This document shows, in pieces, positions 58,825-64,000 of a stretch of 64,000 nucleotides of DNA (position 1 is the stretch's first letter; every line of letters begins with the position of its first letter). The stretch spans positions 54,188,001 through 54,252,000 of the forward strand of contig OZ024745.1 of the NCBI GenBank assembly GCA_964016885.1, written 5' to 3'. Below the pieces are notes generated by a model, which was given only the letters and a program-made list of their open reading frames with translations, did not search any database and had not been told where the DNA came from. A program made the translations under genes and the position numbers. Origin of the DNA: Eledone cirrhosa. Lineage: Eukaryota.

Positions 58825-59707
58825 GGTTTGTGAGTGTGTTTGTGTTTGTTTGTGCGTGTGTGCTTGTGTAGGTGTTTGAGTATGTGTACGTAATTGCTAT
58901 ATTATATTTTATGTTTGTGAATGGTATTGCATTGAAAATTATTGGAAGCATCAAAAACAATTAAGTAACAATAAAAACTATATCCAGAAATCCCATATGA
59001 ATGTTTTTTTTTATTGTTCTTTTTGCCTTCATTCTTTTGTTTTGTTCAAGTTGATTGCAGTGTATAAACTACAGTCTAATTGTCCCGGATAAATTACTCT
59101 CGATATTAATTGTTCGAAAAATATTGAGCTTTTGGCTATAAGGAACGGTGGTAATTATTTCTCTTGCATGATGTGTAGAAGATTATACATTTTATATAAG
59201 TGAGTGTTTAAAATGTATGTACGTATTAACGATTATAAGCTTGTGTGTTCCAAATAACCAGTTACAATTATGTTAGCTTGGACACAGTCACACACTGCTA
59301 TTGTTTGTTAATTACAAGAAAAGAATGTAAGTAAGAGGAGAGAATATAATTCGAAGAGAAAGCGAATGAGAGAGTACAAATAGATAAAACAAGATAGCCA
59401 GAACAACAGCAAAATAACAAACCAAAGCAATACACATATTTATGATGGGGATGATGGAAGCTGATTATGATAATGATGATGGTGAAGAAGATAATAAGGG
59501 TTGTGATGTTGATGACGATGATGATGGTGTGGTTGAACCTGCAGATAATAACAATGATGATGATGATGATGATGATAATGATGATGAGAAGGAACATGCC
59601 AATAACGATTATGATATAATGTAAAAAAAATATATGACGAAGATAAAAAGAAAGGAACCGCTGATAGCTGTGCCATCGATGTTGGCAACGAAAGAGAAAG
59701 ATAAATA

Positions 59708-60175
<468 letters not shown>

Positions 60176-60348
60176 TATATGTATATATATAAAAAAACAT
60201 GAGAAGAAAGACGAATACTGCGTGGTTTGCACATGGGTTACATATGATAAAAATAGTCCTTCGTCAGTGATTTTCCAACCATCATTGGTATTTCATCGCA
60301 TTAAAAATCAGATACCTCAGGTTGGTGCGAGCAATAACTAAAAAAAGT

Positions 60349-60463
<115 letters not shown>

Positions 60464-61370
60464 TCGAATGTCTGTGCTGTGAAGACCTGGAGGACCAGAA
60501 ATCAGAGTAGTTCTTCATGTATCATTTAAACATATTAAACATATGTATGCCTTTTTGGAAAACCACCACAATGCAGATAAATAAGGATTAAATATGTTAG
60601 GTAAAGCTTAAATAAACTGATAGAAAGTGAACAGAACCGTCTGTAGAAATCAAACCACGCACCTGCCATGTACCGGATGACCGCGTTTAACTATTACACC
60701 AAACCATTTATTACGGCAAGGTGCTGTAAAACACATGATACTGCACAGTACTATACAAAACAAATAGAAAAAAATGTTGATAAGATTACTATCCTATACA
60801 TAATTCCATAAAAAACAAACAAACAATTAACTTCGGTAGTTTTTTTTTATAGCAAATTACCAATCCCAAATCTACATATAAATGCACCACACGGGAAATT
60901 AACCTAAATTCTATCAGTAGCTAGCTGCTGAAAAAATTTCAAATCCGAGGTGAAGATTTTATCTGTTATAATGTTATTCTCATGGACCTTTGCGACCTAC
61001 AAGAGAGCACGCTAACAACTAGTCAGAGATGAGACCAAGGTGGTCTTGAAACTTTAATGGTCTCATAACAGATATTTGCCCAAATTAAACAAAAATGAAT
61101 AAGAATATTTTAAACGAAAATAACTGTAATAAAAAAAAAGATGCTTCTCTAATACATCTCTAATACATCACGTTTGAAGGAAAGGCTGCTTCTTATTTAC
61201 CTTAGTACATATACATAAATACACCCCTTACATATATGTTCCTGCTTCTTATTTACCTCAGTACATATACATAAATACACCCCTTACATATATATTCACA
61301 CACACAGATACATACACATACACAGACACACACACAGACACACACACAGACGCACACACACACGCACACA

Positions 61371-61464
<94 letters not shown>

Positions 61465-62934
61465 GATATATTTGTACATACACACACCAGACATATACAC
61501 ACAAACATATATATATATGTACACATACACAAATACATAGATATTTATACACATACAGACAGATACATAGATATACAAACATCCACACTCATACATATAA
61601 AATTATACATAGATATGTACTGATACGTACATAAATACATCCATTAATACATTCTATTGCGTGAATTGGTTTCGTTTTCACTTGTCATATGAAAAATAAT
61701 CGCTATGTTGAAAGTAACAAATGGGATCAAGAGAAAACATTGACTTAGGCATCAGATATCTCCTGTGTTTTCCCTGACCCTATTCATCTTCATACAACTA
61801 TTATACGTTTGTAGGATTATAAAAACTGGTATATAAAACAGAGATATAATACATAACAAAGGTGTTTGTTCTTCTATCTAAGGAGAATTGTAACTTTGTT
61901 GTTAGTTCCCAATCTTCACATTTCTCATATATTTAGTGCGTAACTCAATAAAGGATTCCACGTATGTATCTCTGTATGTATGTATGTATGTATGTATGTA
62001 TGTATGTATGTATGTATGTATGTATGTATGTATGTATGTATGTATGTATGTATGTATGTATGTATGTTGTAGGTATGTATGTATGTATGTATGTATGTAT
62101 GTATGTATGTATGTATGTATGTATGTATGTTGTAGGTAGGTATGTATGTATGTATGTATGTATGTATGTGTGTATGTATGTATGTATGTGTGTATGTATA
62201 TATGTATGTATATAAGTATGTATATATCCATAATGTATGTAAAAGGTGACTGAAAAGATGGGACAGGCCGTTCTTTACGTTGTCATTGTCTTGTGTGGCC
62301 CCATTATTTAGATAGATATAAATATTCATGCATCGAAGTTGTATTTGCAGCCTGGCAACACAAATAGAATTATCTGAGGCAAATACTCAGTGATGCAAGA
62401 AATGAATTGATTCCCTCTATCAGAGTCGACTCATTAGGCTATTCCAGGGAATCACCATGAATAATATATAGGCCGGGTGTGTCAGTAATAGTATATAAAA
62501 ACAATGAATACCAAAGGTAAAATAATTTCTTTCCCAGCACGTCATGAATTTTGATGCACAGCTGCGCAGTCAAAAATTGCTAGTGCGCGTTCGCAAGCCG
62601 TAAGGGCATCTTACCTAATTAGAACAGGCTACATCATCAGTAGGCATTCGTTCGATTTATATCCGAATTCGATCTAGGTACTAAGATATTGCCAAGCACT
62701 GTAGAAATCCAGTAGTATTGTTGTATCACGTAGTTTGAAAAGAGGTAAGCTACTAGATATTTACTGAACCCATCTTCTGCAGCCAAATTCCCTGTTTGCT
62801 CTCTTCAGGAACATTTGATTAAGCATTAGCTAGCCAAAGGCTGTGTGTGCTAAATTTAATCATAGAAAGAGGATTCAAATAATATATATAAACTAATCAA
62901 TATACATTAAATCGGAAGCTGCTCTTCTCTTTTA

Positions 62935-63043
<109 letters not shown>

Positions 63044-63076
63044 GTGTATATACATATATATGTGTGTTGTGCATAA

Positions 63077-63110
<34 letters not shown>

Positions 63111-63117
<7 letters not shown>

Positions 63118-63481
63118 TAAAATAACAGATTAAAGTTTAAGCAAAGAATCGCTGCTTTCACCCTTAACGGGACCTTCTGAAACTAACAAAGTCAATCTAT
63201 ATTCGTTTTTTCCCGTTCTTTGCCAGGGAACGTTTCCACGAACCAAAGTATCGTCTTCCTGTCTTCCCCCGGTTGCAACGTTTTTTGAAATATCCACTTC
63301 TGCGTTTACAGATTGACTTTGTTAGTTTCAGAAGATCCCGTTAAGGGTGAAAGCAGCGATTCTTTGCTTAAACTTTAATCTGTTATTTTAATAAATATTT
63401 GCTCTACGGTTCTTATATATTTGATATATATTTATCCTTATCGAGCCCTCTGTGGATTTTAGTCTTCAAATTTATTATTAT

Positions 63482-63485
<4 letters not shown>
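63111..63485. mobile_element. Fold-back element (88-bp arms 63111-63198 / 63310-63396, ~88-bp tail) with variant hammerhead
   Basis: AGTTT-CAGAAGA-TCCCGTTAAGGGT-GAAAGCA..TGCTT-AAACT; (TA)n on both sides. Confidence 0.8.
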
Positions 63486-63558
<73 letters not shown>

Positions 63559-64000
63559 TATATGTATATATATGTTTATTTTAGGTAAAAAAGGGAGCTT
63601 AGTTACTCTGTAGTTTCGCCTGTTTATCACAGGGCCATCAGACAGTGGTGACCCTGTAATAAGACTCACTTTTTAGCCTTAATAAAAATGAATATTAAAA
63701 ATCTACTTCGGTATTGAGTACTCCTTTGTCTCAACCGTCAACCACACACACACACACACACACATACACACACGCAAATATATATATATATATATATTAT
63801 ATTTCTGTACAGGCTTATATATTTTTAGTGCTTGCCATTATAGGCAATATAGGTTTTCTTTCACGCCTTACGTTTTTATTAACAATTCTCTCTTTCTGAT
63901 AAATACATTTTCGCTTCCTCTCCTTTTCATATTACCATTTCCTTCTCTCTTTCATTTTCTCATCCATCCTTGTCTCACAATTTCTATATCATTTTTTAAA

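Overview
AT-rich, microsatellite-saturated eukaryotic (animal) DNA. I recognise no host protein-coding exon, rRNA, tRNA or CRISPR array, so it is probably intronic or intergenic. The SINE and simple-repeat landscape suggests an octopus or other cephalopod (inference). Almost all ORFs in the track are artefacts of (TA)n, (CA)n, (GAA)n and similar tracts. Real coding remnants are retroelements: two Penelope-like elements (PLEs; RT + GIY-YIG; one Naiad-like at 8.6-9.6 kb, one Neptune/Nematis-like at 47.1-48.0 kb), an RTE-clade LINE, a Dong/R4-like REL endonuclease fragment and HERO-like fragments, plus about 15 tRNA-type SINEs. The most striking signal, read by eye, is a dense population of about 20-25 intact, degenerate or partial minimal type I hammerhead ribozyme (HHR) motifs (CUGANGA...GAAA-short, often palindromic stem III-NUH). 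Many sit in short non-coding fold-back (inverted-repeat) insertions bounded by (TA)n tracts, with one short arm and one arm carrying an 80-175 bp tail. One HHR family shows compensatory stem II changes around an invariant C-C mismatch. One HHR has a 114-nt stem II. One locus has a retrozyme-like tandem HHR unit of about 506 nt. All folds were paired by hand, not computed.
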